A stretch of 64,000 bases of DNA. Origin: Octopus vulgaris. Lineage: Eukaryota. Below the pieces are notes generated by a model. It was given only the letters and a program-made list of their open reading frames with translations, was not told the origin of the DNA and made no database searches. Of this stretch, positions 14,331 to 27,472 are shown piece by piece. Made by a program: the position numbers and the translations under genes. The first letter of the stretch is position 1. Every line of letters begins with the position of its first letter. Location: positions 2,914,001-2,978,000 of the forward strand of contig OX597825.1 of assembly GCA_951406725.2 (NCBI GenBank), in the 5' to 3' direction.

Positions 14331-14689
14331 AAGCAGACACATTGTAATTCACACACAATAGACACATACGCAAACCCCGCTGTAATCTTTCACCACAAAC
14401 TTCACTCTTTCTTCCTACTTCTGCCACAAAGCAGAGGAACCATGGTGTAACCCACTATGGTGTGGTAAACTTTCAGACCCCAGTCTAGATTGCGAATCCT
14501 CTGTACTCCAGGATGGTTCAACTCTCCACCCGATAAAAGCCACCGTTTACGGAATGAAGATAACAACGTAGCTTTCGCGCCCGTGCAACCGCCCGTCTAT
14601 CGAGTGTGGTGGGTGGATCGTCAAGTTGCCCCACACATTCTTAGTAGCGGGTGCCCTGTGTATGTACAACACAAATCCGATCTTTATTT

Positions 14690-15380
14690 GGCAGCGTCCA
14701 GAACAAAATGGTCCAAAGCGACGAATATAGCTGTCATGGAATGTTATTTTTGAGCAGATCCGTTGATGATGAAGGGAAGACTATAAAATGCATAGAAAGT
14801 TAATGCACGTTATTTAGATTGAGATTCACGGCTTAGGCATTATGAAGAAAAACTGTGAAATCATGCAAGTAAAATAAGAAGTAAAGGAATTAAAGTTTCA
14901 TGAGATTAAGAAGAGGGTGACGATCGAATCGCAGTGAGCGAAGGTGAAGTCGCTACAGAGAATGCTGTGAATGTTGAATTGAATCAAGATGTCCTAGAGA
15001 ATGGTGGTTTAAGTTTTGAAAATATCGGAGGACTGAGCGACAAGAGGAAAGGAATGATCGGATGCATCACTAGTATTATTGTGGACAAAAATCTGGACTT
15101 GGAAATAAATGGATTCAAGAAACTTGATAGAAAGTTAGTTGCTATGGGATGAAATCGGAAGCTGAATAAGAAATCGAAATAAATTAAGACAAGTAATATA
15201 CCTGGAAAGAATGAATTGATCAAAACTTTTATCTCTTTTTAAGGAAAGAAAGTAGGCCTCGAAAAAAGCAGTAAAAGACGAAACGTAGGATAAGAGACTT
15301 GGTGGAAGAGAAGGATATGCTCGATCTACTAAAATAAATCAACATCCAGTTAAGACAGAAACATGGTGAAAAATCAGGAA
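14690..15380 (+). mobile_element. R4/Dong-clade non-LTR retrotransposon, N-terminal ORF remnant
   Basis: RTKWSKATNIAVMECY (Myb-like N-terminus) followed, across frameshifts, by IKTSNI...NELIK...KVGLEK...ETWWKRRI, typical of R4/Dong ORF N-termini. Confidence 0.65.
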
Positions 15381-15431
15381 ATTAGAATGTAGAATGGGTG
15401 TGCATTGTAGCAAACATGCAGATTAGAAGTA

Positions 15432-15433
15432 AA

Positions 15434-15523
<90 letters not shown>
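15432..15523. repeat. (AAT)n microsatellite
   Basis: Directly visible trinucleotide run. Confidence 0.97.
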
Positions 15524-15526
<3 letters not shown>

Positions 15527-15722
15527 ATAACAAAAACACCAGGACTTACAAACACATATAACATACAGAAAATTGCACTACTAGGCACTGCACACATCCT
15601 ACGCAGAACACTTTCCATACAATAACCATCAGAGCATCACAACAAATCACAACACATACCCAAGGCACACAGAGCTGCGCTCGGTAGTGAAGTGAAAGCA
15701 CGCTATAAAAATAAAACTACTG
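15524..15722 (+). mobile_element. 5'-truncated R4/Dong-like LINE 3' end
   Basis: Encodes YITKTPGLTNTYNIQKIALLGTAHILRRTLSIQ*, the restriction-like endonuclease C-terminus (QKxxLLGTAxILR), plus a short 3' UTR. Flanked by (AAT)n on both sides. Confidence 0.85.
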
Positions 15723-15734
15723 AATAGTAATAAA

Positions 15735-15766
<32 letters not shown>

Positions 15767-15771
15767 TTATA

Positions 15772-16330
15772 ATGCCCTGATGCAGTACCGGGCACTGGTT
15801 GTCATCGCATCTGATCTTCACTGTTTGGACGTTTTATGTACATTGTTTTGTCTTGGTATAAAAGACGGCCTACAGCAAATATTTTGCTCAATTCCACAGA
15901 TTTGCTTTTCAGTTGTTTGACCTTAACTAGCTGAGCATGCCCCTTAGTGGCTGACGATATGTGCATCTCTGATCACGAGCAGAAATAGTGGTGGAGCATC
16001 AATGCCATGTGTTGAGAGGAATTCTTTGGGATTTGAATAATTCACTTCTGGAAACTGGTGTTTCTTTAATGATCCTTAAAAAACCGTTAGTCAGGGACCT
16101 CTTGGCCGGGATGGGCTACTCGGCCCAAAGAAAATTCTAACTAGACCCCCACCTGCAATATCATGTGCTACATATCTTGATATGATGTCAGCATGGCGCA
16201 CACATATGGTTATAATTCATGCTCCTGATGTACCCTTATCAGTCGGGGTGTCATGATGTGCATATTGGGCTTCGTATATTTTCCCCCTGTGTCACTTTGA
16301 TGGCATGCACTGCACTCTCACTCATTAAAT
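15772..16330 (+). mobile_element. Interspersed repeat in (AAT)n, probably the 3' UTR of another Dong-like element
   Basis: GC-richer non-coding block starting right after (AAT)n and ending ctctcactcattaaataaa. Family assignment is inferred from position and recalled similarity to Octopus repeats. Confidence 0.5.
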
Positions 16331-16525
16331 AAAGAGACTAGTAAGGTAAATAATGTATTGAGACGCATGGAAACAAAGAACATCAAACAAACAAACAATC
16401 TCATGAAGGCTGCAAGTTGGACTATGGCAGAAAAGATTGGGAACTACTGAGAACAGAACATCGACGGTTGGATGAGGAAATAAACAAGTTTGGTGGAAAA
16501 GGAGAATTTTAGAAGATATAAACTT
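16331..16525 (+). mobile_element. Second R4/Dong N-terminal ORF fragment
   Basis: ETSKVNNVLRRMETKNIKQTNNLMKAASWTMAEKIG...QVWWKRRILEDI, paralogous to ~15160-15320. Confidence 0.7.
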
Positions 16526-18467
16526 CCCGAAAATGTATTGTCAAAACTATCCATTATGTAAAATTTTGAAGTTATAATTGCAAGGACAGAGATGAACTCT
16601 GGGTATACAACAGTAATTCACAGAATGAAGTTGTAAATTTAAGATTTTAGTAGAGAAATTGTGTCGATAATGAGAGCAGGGTCAATCAAGTCCAGCATCT
16701 ATTTGAATTAGTATCGGGGTCTGATTATTTGTATTGTTGTTATTTAGTACTTCATCCAATATGTGGTTTCTTTTTCAAACACAAAATGAAGTTATTTGTC
16801 GAAGATTTGGTTGATATTCCAAGAGAATAAACAGGTGAACAGAAAAGTTTTAATATACAAAAAATAAAAATGGTCTTATTTTCTACCTCTTAAAAAGTGG
16901 ACGACAGCCACGGGCAAAGATTGCATTTAGGTTTCGTTTTGACTACTTAACGTGGCATATAAATACAACATTGAGAAGCGCAAGTGAAAGGTCTTCATTA
17001 GTAAATATATAAAACTCCGCTGAAAGGCTTCTCCTGATATTATAAAACTGTCACCTATAATGGGGATAACTCATGTGTTATGAATGTGGATCTCTGACAA
17101 CTAGAAATTATGTCAGCTAATTACAGTTAATTTAATTTCATAGCCTCTTTCTTCAATTAGCACATATATTAAAGCCTCTCCAGAGATTGTCAGAAGCTAC
17201 CCAGAAAACAATTACTGATGAGAGTATTAGCATACTCCTGCGTTTCCCTTCTCAATTGTTCTAAGTTTTCCTTCTTTTCGTTTCTGTTATCTTTTCTTTC
17301 TCCACTAAATAGAAGCTGAAATAACATTTGCAAACATTCATAGGTTTCAGTGATTGAAACATTACAAATGTAGTGAGAAGCAAAACCATAAATCATTATT
17401 TCAGTAGCCTCCTTAATTAACCATTTGTAAATAACTCATTCATTTTAGAACTAATGAAATAGCTACTACTGAAAAATTCTTCCAATTCACATTGTTGCAC
17501 TTCTTTATGCAACACCTTACTGAACATTCTTCAAAATGTTTACACTTTCTTTATCTCTGCTAAAATCATTGGCATGTTTCACTCTCGTAAATATTTACAC
17601 ATTCACGGGGATTGGCAAAATATACGATACAGCTAACATTCATAAATTAAGTTATCAAAAGAATATGGCAACAAAAAATAATTATCTATAATACGTATGA
17701 GCATAGTTTTTCAGGAATAAACTTACGTCTTCACTTCTAATAACTTGCATTGAAAATAAAACGCTTTATCTCCAGTTTTTCCATACTTTATAAAGTAAGC
17801 GGATGAACATTGTTATTTTATCAAGCAATAATATATATATATAATCTCTTTCGCATTTATAAATTTCCTGACGATATATATATACACCTATATGTATATG
17901 TGCGTATGTGTATATGTATATACACATGAGTTATCAACTTATCTTTCATCAATGGATTGAATACATTTCTAAAGAAATTTTTCTATTCATTTCTTACGTT
18001 TGAAAATTAAGTACTTGTGGTTTCTGTAAAATTCATTCATCAATGCTGTATCTGTATGTATTATTTAATAAAAATAAATTCAATAGCTGCCCACTCTCTC
18101 AAAAAACAGGCCAATCAAGAAATAAAGATATAGTAGTACATATTCGTTAATATATTATCTTTTATAAAATAGAGAAACTTAAGGAAATTCCTAAACGATA
18201 TAATCCAATAACTTTATATCATGCCGCCTTTTTGTATTTATACTAGGTAATCGCGAAAGATAATTTAAGAATAAATATTTTTCATAGAAGGAGACTATAA
18301 CCATTTTTAACCATCAATGTTCTGTCTTTCTTGGTGGCTCCATTCATAGCATTGGCAGGATTTTGCCTAATTTTCTTCTGCCTACGTACACTTCATCTAT
18401 ATACTCTTGGATATACGTATAAATACTCTGCCTATGTACTCTTTTATATGCATATAAATATATATAT

Positions 18468-18699
18468 ATCTTTATTGCCCACAGGGGGCTAAACGTAGAG
18501 GGAACAAGCAAATACAGACAAAGGGATTACGTCGATTACATCGACCCCAGTGCGCAACTGGTACTTAATTTATCGACCCCGAAATGATGAAAGGCAGAGT
18601 CTACCTAAGCGGAAATTGATCTCAGAACGTAACGGCAGGCGAAATACTGCTAAGCAATTTGTCCGGAATGCTAACGATTCGGCCGGCTTGCTGCCCTAA
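18468..18699 (-). mobile_element. SINE, same family as 8046-8279
   Basis: The reverse complement aligns along the whole 8046-8279 copy (cccacagggggctaaac...ggtacttaatttatcgaccccgaaatgatgaaaggc...gctaacgattcggcc). Confidence 0.9.
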
Positions 18700-19037
18700 A
18701 TAACTTTGTAACTTTGTAACTTGGTGCGTTTCATAAAAATCTTCCATCTAATTGTGTTGATAACTTTATTGAATTTCTGTTGCCATATGTTTCTTGATAA
18801 TCCTGTACTATTCATTTTATTTCTTTGTCCCTAAATGTCGGTTCGTGATTGTCTATTCTAAATTTAACCTAGTTCTCTGTTGACCCTATATTAAAAAAAT
18901 GCTCGTATCCCAAATTATTATCCTCTTCTGGTATGCGGCGCATTTTCTTCTGATTGCATTTTCAGGGTCTCCACAATTACAGCTTTTTATTTTCCATGGA
19001 ATTAGTCATATTATTATCAGTTGTAGACTCATATTTC

Positions 19038-19080
<43 letters not shown>

Positions 19081-19091
19081 CGTACACACAC

Positions 19092-19162
<71 letters not shown>

Positions 19163-20954
19163 CATCAGTAAGTGTGTGTTTGTGTGTGTGTGTTTTCAGC
19201 TGAAACGTACGAAGTTTACTAATTTGCTGTGAGTAACGTGCATGCAATGCTATCTTAATACATCTGACCGTTTTCCTTTTGTTTTTGTAGTTGTATTTTC
19301 TGTTGCTTTCTGTTAAATCCGTAGTTAATTAATCCAACACAAGATTAATCATTGCATCCTGTCGATGTACAAGTCGACAAAATCCACTCCAATATATTCG
19401 ATTTCGCGATGATTTGTGTTTCAAAATGTCACTTCGTTCTACATATTGTTTCCTACTAATAATTTTCTATTTCCCGCTGTCACTCAATCCCCGTCTCCCC
19501 CACCTCATTGAGAATTTCAATGGCAGTGGTGTTGCTCTGTAAGCATTTATTCGTGTTTTCTTTTGCATATTACGGCAGAGAGCGCGTTTTTTTATTTGTT
19601 TCATTTACTCGTTTTTAATTTTGATGTTTTCTTTGAATGTAAACATGCATAGATACATGTGTGTACAGACGCATCTGTTCATGTTGCTCTCGTTTCGCTG
19701 ATTGTAGTCTTGTGTTTGTATTTCCACAAACGCTGTCACTTCACATTATTCATTCACGCGTGTCTGAATTTCGAAGCAGATGGCTTAATAACTAGCTCTC
19801 ATTATATTTTTCAGATTTCTCTGAATATTTGTCTCATATTTTTATCATACATACATATAACTACATTAGTTAATACTGAAACATGAGGACTAAGATACTG
19901 CATCGTGCATTAACTGGCATATGGCATTTTCATTTTAAAACAATCTGTATCGCCACTTGATTTCACAAACCCAATATTCTTTTATACATGGATAAGCTGC
20001 ATGTGTATGCGTGTATTTAAAGATAATATACACTTGTCTTTGTGTATGCTTTTTACACAAAGACACACGCACACAGAAATACACACACATCCATATACAG
20101 AGTGTTCAGGAATAGCTTGACGTATTTCTGCAGAATCAGCGGTGATGGAAAGCATAAAGATATGAGTTGTAGTTATAGAAAAGCTGAAACGGAGGATTGG
20201 TAGTTTTCTCAATAGTGGAAAAGACTTACATGTATCACGATGAGTCGTGTAGCGTACCACAACATGGAGATGATGATAGCTGCTCAATGCTGCTCTTGGA
20301 CAATATAGAGGTTCATTATTTAGGTTATTTACATTTCACAGATATTTCTCAAATTTCTTTACCTATATCGTGTCATGTCTTCGCTATGTTGTTAAATTTG
20401 AAGTTCCATGCAGGGGTAGGTAATCAGGGATTTTCCGGTATAAGGGAGATAATCAAACATGTTAGGAATGACTAGGCTTCATTAATTTAACATTATTTTG
20501 TTTAGAAGGAATAGAATATTACAAGTTGTTAGGTAACATTAATTGAATTAATGTATCTTTATAAGTTCTACGTTTTTGACGTTTTGTATTGCAAACCGTT
20601 TATATATTCCGATTTGTTTACAAAAACCTTTAGAAATAAACACATTTGAATAATACAAAGGTGCCAATTTTTAACATATCCATCGAGTTCCAATGTATTA
20701 CACAACATTTTTTTGCTGTAGAATTTCTCATCAAAACAAACAGAGGACCGATAGAATATCACTTTGCATTCATTCACTCACTTCCTTCAATCCATTTAAG
20801 AACGAAGCGTACAGAGCATAATGGCAATCCGCATCCATTGCGTTGAAATATTTCTCAGTGAAACAGAATAACCTTGTATTTACCAAAATGTAATACAACG
20901 TCGATTATATTTTAGTCTCGTCAGAGGAACTGAATTCACAAATGCTTACAGCCG

Positions 20955-21061
20955 CACTGGCACAGTAGCTGTGTGGTAAGAAGCTTGCTTCCCAACCACA
21001 TCTCGGGCCGACCAAAGACTTGTGAGTGAGTTTGGTAGACGGAAACTGTAAGAAGGCTGTC

Positions 21062-21125
<64 letters not shown>

Positions 21126-21142
21126 TATATATATATTATATA

Positions 21143-21198
<56 letters not shown>

Positions 21199-21258
21199 AC
21201 AAAGAAAGAAAGAACCCAATATATATATATATGTTCATATATCATCCTTCGGTTATCT

Positions 21259-21321
<63 letters not shown>

Positions 21322-21490
21322 TGTATGCATGTTTATGCGTTTGCTTATTTGAATGTTTGTCCCACTTGACTACAGATTTTTTTTTGTTAACGGCAACAGA
21401 TCTCGATAGAATAAGTAATAGGCTTACAAAGAATAAGTCCTGGGGTCGATTTGCTCGACTAAAGGCGGTGCTCCAGATTGGCCACAGCGT
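20955..21490 (+). mobile_element. Second SINE family: tRNA-like head, internal (TA)n, conserved tail
   Basis: Head agctgtgtggtaagaagcttgcttccc...ttggtagacggaaactg and tail gatagaataagta...gaataagtcctggggtcgat...aaggcggtgctccag match the minus-strand copy at 30815-31163. Confidence 0.8.
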
Positions 21491-22589
21491 GTGTGTATGA
21501 TATTTTGTGTGTGTTGACATATGCATATACGCCTGTACATAGGCATATATGTATATGTGTATTTTATTGTTAATCAGTGAGGGGCCTACAGAGAGAAAGA
21601 ACGCCGTGGGTTACGGGTGAGAAGGAAAGGGAGAGAAATATGTAAAAATAGGGAGAGAGAGAAACGAATTTCCAATGAAATACACGAGTTATAGATGATA
21701 TAAGCAAAGGGAGAGTAATAAGAAAGAGCGAGAGGTGGTCCAGAGAGAAGACACACTGAAAAACGCCATCTTTTATGTTGGGCAAAAGCTGCGAGAGTTA
21801 GGGATGAAAGAATAAACTTTTCACATTGGTTAAAGAAAACGAGTCAGGCATGGAAATCAAGATCAAACCAAACTGGACATAAACACACTTCTCTTAAACA
21901 GCTGACATTCAACATCCTCTCTCGCCTAGCCCTCTATTATCTGTCTTTATCCCTCTCTTATTTGTCAGATATTTTACTTGGACCCCTAGATCACACAATA
22001 TATATATATATCTCTCTCTCTCCTGTTTCTCTTTCCTTCTTTCTCACCACATTTCCTCTCCTGTCCATCCTTTTCCAAAACCATGCTGATGTTAGTGTGT
22101 CCTCTTTTCTAAATCTCCGCCATTTCTTCTGTTCATCATTTAATAAATAAGCAATCAAATATTATCTTCCCTGTAGCGTCAGATCTCTGCAGAACCCTTC
22201 TTTGATTCTCACATGATATCAGTGGAAACATGGCGCTTCACCATGTTTTATGTTCAATCAGAACAGACTCATACTTCTATTTGTATGTTTCTGGCACCCT
22301 GTCCTTACACTTTATGTACGTTGACTACAGTTTTTGTTCGATGGAAAATGGAAGATTTTTTCATACTTTATTACTAACAAGACTCTCTCTGCACAAACCA
22401 TTTCGTTTATTTATTTATTTTTTCTTGCATTTTGTTGCATAGAAAATCTTTCAGAAAGTTAGTAGGCCACTGGCGAAAGAGACTTCTAAGTTAAAAATAA
22501 AAAAAAAAGTCATAAAATTCTTAGTGACAGCGGATGAATAGTTTTCTCTTTCTGTACATTTTGGTTTCCCTCCTCATATTTTCAGTTCC

Positions 22590-22637
<48 letters not shown>

Positions 22638-22682
22638 GTATGTATGTATATGCATACATACTTACATACACATGCATGTGTG

Positions 22683-22735
<53 letters not shown>

Positions 22736-22756
22736 GCATGTATGTGTGTATGCATA

Positions 22757-22808
<52 letters not shown>

Positions 22809-23947
22809 TGTGTGTGTAGGAACTTGATAGAGATGGAGTCAAAGATTGATTGATAGATAACAAGATATCTAGAGAAATGTGTTGCCTACGCGCTTTTGGG
22901 ATTCCCCCGTGTGTGCTTTTTTACGCATGTGTATACATAAGTTTGTATTTAGTGTGATTCCAAATATCTAACACTCGCCTTAGGAATGATGATAGATCAA
23001 TTTTTAGCTACTTGTAGATGGAAGTAATAAAAGCTTAACATCGATAAGTAATTTGAATGCAGAAGAACTACTGAAGCTCAGAGCGAAAAGCTTATCGTTA
23101 CTGATAAAATATTTGTTACGTAGATAACGTTGAAATTTATCCTTATTTTCGGGAATTTCTGCACTGATAGCATAAAGGGAAGAACATCGTTTCTTTTTGT
23201 TATTCTCTTTCATCGTCTGTGTCGAAAGAAAATAAAATGTATGAATCATTGACAATATTATTTTTCCTGCCAGCACGGCTGGAATATTTAATCTTTAATT
23301 TTTCCTTCGATTAAGATCGATCGGTCATACTAATGACAAAAGCATTCATGTAAATATATTATTTTGTCCCTTTATTCTTTACGTTGGGGATGCATATTGA
23401 TGAGAACAATATGTCTAAGAGTAGAATAGCTGTGCAAGATATTTCCAGTTGTGCTCTATAACAAAAAATTCCGAATAATGTATTGAGAAATAAAATTTAC
23501 GCGAAGGATAAAAACGTAAATATATACGAACGTACATACGTAAATACGTGCGTGTATCCCTCTAAATATTCCTATATATTTAATTCCTAACACGTCAGCT
23601 GAATTAAATTCGTCTCCATTCGAAAGACGCCTGTTTTGATGTCCTGTTATTATTATTATTATTGTTATTTTGTATTATTTTTGTATTTATATTCGTGTAA
23701 CATCGTCTGTTTTTCCGTCCTTGTTTCGTATATATTCGAAGCTTTTTTCCAAAGAATCTAATGCCCTTAGCCTAGTTTTCCCTTGGGGCTGGCCAGATTG
23801 GAGCAATCTCAAGATTGATCAGCCGAAATTGCGAGGATGATCTGGTTCTTGACTGAAGATTAAAGGCTTCGAATGACCTACCCGTGTTTTTTGAAGCATC
23901 TTCTGGATGTTTTGCGTTCTTGCTCCATTTTGTGTATATATATATAT

Positions 23948-24494
23948 ATGAAAGGAATGAATGGAAAACACATTACGCTGGATATACCGTAAACATTTCA
24001 AAAAGTTTACGAATATTTCATTGGCCAGAACATGCAATCATTTATTTCATAAAAGAAGAGTGTATAATTGTGAATGAATCACAATTATAAAGGAGAGGGT
24101 AATAAAAACCCTTCCATGTCTAGAAATAGCACTTAAAACTGCTATAAAACTTCTTTAAACACTAATATTATATCTCGTAAACAATAGAGCATTAGCATTT
24201 TATTTTTATTTAGATTTTGAATTTTTATGTCGTGTCGCTCGCTGACAGATTTCTTTGTTGAAGCGATGTAATATGAGTGCTTATAGTGGCTTTATAGCGG
24301 TTTTGACTGCTATTTCTATACATGTAAGTGTTTTCATAAACCTCTCCGATTTAATTTTAATTTATTCACAATTATACACGCTTCTTTCATGAAAAAACGT
24401 TTTGACTGCATGTCCTGGCCACTGAGGAAATTCGCATAAAATTTCGAATTGTTTACGATATATCGGTTAATGTATTTTTACATTCACTCCTCAT
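23948..24494. repeat. Old ~250-bp-arm inverted duplication (fold-back)
   Basis: 23948-24196 aligns to the reverse complement of 24241-24494 throughout (e.g. gtgtataattgtgaat / attcacaattatacac; tagaaatagca / tgctatttcta), roughly 75-80% identical by eye. Starts at a (TA)n run. Confidence 0.85.
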
Positions 24495-24717
24495 TTATTA
24501 TTTCTTTTTCAATCATGCACATCTTTTTGGGTAGGGGATGGGGTCGTTTAAGTGGACTCTTCCTATAAACGCTGTGCATGACGTTTGAAATCAGATTTTA
24601 AATTGTGTAGATAGGAGTTGACACATTATTCTTGCCGGTCGGGATGCATGTTAAGCCCAAAAGTATGTTTTTATTGTGTTAATTTCTATATACAATAATG
24701 TTCTAACGAGGAAAATA

Positions 24718-24777
<60 letters not shown>

Positions 24778-24801
24778 GTATGTATATATATATATATATA
24801 T

Positions 24802-24870
<69 letters not shown>

Positions 24871-24894
24871 CATATACATGCGTGCATGTGGGTG

Positions 24895-25142
24895 TGGGTG
24901 GGAAGGTGCATTCACAATCGCTAGTTCATATGTTCGAGTCCCAGTTCGGGCTGTACGTTTTGTTCTCAAGCGACTCATTTCGTTTCACGTTGCTTCTGTC
25001 CCCTATCAATGAAAGGGTAGTGTTGGCCTTTCACCTAACCATACAGGTCGCATCTTTCAATGGACAAAACGATACATCCCACATTGTGACAAGCCTGTAT
25101 AACAACACCTGACAGCCATGTCGGTCACGTCGACACGTGGTT
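24895..25142 (+). mobile_element. Degenerate tRNA-derived SINE (CORE-like body)
   Basis: B box gttcgagtccc, followed by ttgttctcaagcgactcatttcgtttcacgttgct, resembling the CORE-type gtgttcttgagcaaggcactttatttcacgttgct. Confidence 0.55.
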
Positions 25143-25149
25143 ATACATA

Positions 25150-25889
25150 TATATATTAATAGTAATGGTAAAACAACAAAAGAATGAAGGAGACCTCGAT
25201 ATTATGTAAATAGAGGAATTTATTTGTAATATAGTATGTGACAATTATTCGGTTGCATGGTAAAACTCCGAGTTAGGGGTTTCGGGGCTGAAACGTTCAC
25301 CGGTATCTCTTCAGTTATTGAAGGCAATAAAAATACGCTATGAAAATAACCATCTTTCCATATCATAAAGACCGCACTTACCACTACCGCCGGTGTAAGG
25401 CTTACACTTGGCTGAGATCTTCCAATGGATGTAACTGACACCTTTATCTTTTAAAGACCATATGTGCCTGGACAATTTAGTCGTTTTCCTTTTATCCCAG
25501 TGCCTGAAGTTGAAGGCGATTGAATCTGGCCTTGACATTCCCCTCTGTAAGGCCCACATATTTCTTTGTCGAAACTGTGCACCTAATGGTTGTAGAGTCT
25601 ACGGTGGCTTCGTAAGTTCACTTTAGCGGGCACAAATTTTTATCCGTGCATGAACAGCTAATTTCATTTTGTGGGGTTTTCCTTTTGTGTACGATTATAT
25701 ATTTAAAATTAGTAGTTGAGTTCAAACTGAATTTTCAGCCATGTCTATTGAAGATCTTTCTGTAACTATGGTTACTGGAAAATGTCTATCTATCATTGGT
25801 AAGGAATACTTGCCTATAATAAAGGTCACTTCGGGAGAGTAGGGGTATTTGAAACAGGTGGTTTTCCTATTCCTATGTTTCCTTTTCTT

Positions 25890-25895
<6 letters not shown>
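25150..25895 (-). mobile_element. Penelope-like element remnant: linker, GIY-YIG endonuclease region and 3' pLTR
   Basis: KRKHRNRKTTCFKYPYSPEVTFIIGKYSLPMIDRHFP (cf. RKRNIIWFNPPYS...IGKxFLxLIDKHFP) and TTKLSRHIWSLKDKGVSYIHWKISAKCKPYTGGSGKCGLYDMER (cf. TxLSxHIWxLK...PY...CxLCxxEK). Bounded by (TA)n, with a decayed hammerhead at 25271-25318. Confidence 0.85.
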
Positions 25896-25928
<33 letters not shown>

Positions 25929-27302
25929 ATTATACACATTCTGTAACTTCTTCTCGTGTCTCACTTAAAAGTTCGTCTATATTTCTTTGAGCAAATCAAC
26001 ATACGCATTTCGTTAAGACTAGGGGATTTTAGCATATTATTTAAATATTGATGGTTCCTACAGAGTCGTTTGGAATCCCTATTATTTACAGCAGGGTTCA
26101 GTTTGGAAATTGCTATAACATGCAATGGAAAATGTTTTGCTGGATCATACAAGACCGTTCAGATATTATTACAGCACACCATTCCCGTTTTATTTCTAGG
26201 GTCTAATGCAAACATTTCTTTAACCTCTTTTCTGTTGCATATCTATTAGATCGAAGTATTTAGTCTTTGTGAAGTCGTCCTGGATCGTCTTCAACTTTGC
26301 TGTTCGTTTTGACATGTTTTTTGTCGATAATTAATGGGAATAGTTCTCCAGTGGAGTGAACACAACATTTTTGCATAATATTAACATAGTTTCCTTTCTC
26401 TTTTCCTTCATGTTCTTTGAATTCTGACATCCGGTCATCTGAACGTAGTCATATGATTAGATTTGGGGATTCCAATATCACGCTCCGACCTTTAGTAGAT
26501 GAATGCAGCACACCTTGGTTCTGCATAATACACACGCATAAATGCTCGCGCACACACGCACACATACACACACACACATACATTTCTGTTTATGTGTATA
26601 CCTGTATGTTTGTCTGCCCGTCTGTGTGCGTCTGAAAAGAGAGAGTATAAAAGCATTCATTTAATATGATATGTTTAAATTATCTTCTCAGTCTGATATC
26701 TAACTGCGATACATCACTCAATGTAGATACAAATTTTTTTATGACATTCTTTCCATCAACAAACCAACAGCTAAAATTCAATCAGACGCAGCATCAGACG
26801 CAGCATCACAAATATTATTTATAACAAGTGAGAAATAATAAAATAAACATGGTATGCTTACAGATTACGTATATATGTCATTAAATATGGTGTAGATGTT
26901 CTGGTGTAAAACATAAAATATGGTTTAACTGAATTTAGTACAGAGAAATGTCTCAAAAATCGGAAGGTTATGCCATACATTTATCACAGCAACATACCTG
27001 CATCATAGTTAATAGAAACATAGGAGTGCAACGCCTAAAGCTATACAGTGAACTTCATTATTCGTATTTTTATAAGAATATTCAATACACATTTCTAAAA
27101 CATGATTTCAGCACAGTTTCACACAAAATCTATACACACAAACGCGCAGGAACACGCGTGCAAACATGCTCTCTGTCTGTCAGCTTCTCTCTCTCTCTAC
27201 TGTGTAGATATATGGGAGCATGTTCGTATCGTACGTATCACCCATTTGATCAAATTATCATCTGCTTGAGGAAAATATCATATATATATGTAGGGATATA
27301 TG

Positions 27303-27350
<48 letters not shown>

Positions 27351-27398
27351 AGTGTGTATACATATATATATAAGTGTGTGTATATATATATATATATT

Positions 27399-27463
<65 letters not shown>

Positions 27464-27472
27464 ATATTTCGG

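Noticed and set aside
17215-17240. CTGATGA followed by the perfect hairpin gagtat-tagc-atactc
   Set aside because: No GAAA or stem III follows (the next bases are ctgc), so it is not a hammerhead.
23780-23885. ggctggcc...gatcagcc-GAAA and a nearby CTGAAGA
   Set aside because: The core elements are not in the correct order within one fold. It is probably a repeat, but a ribozyme is unsupported.
26678-26740. Faint similarity to the U2 snRNA 5' region (tcttctcagtctgatatct...gatacatc)
   Set aside because: Short, gapped and lacking the branch-point recognition sequence GTGTAGTA.
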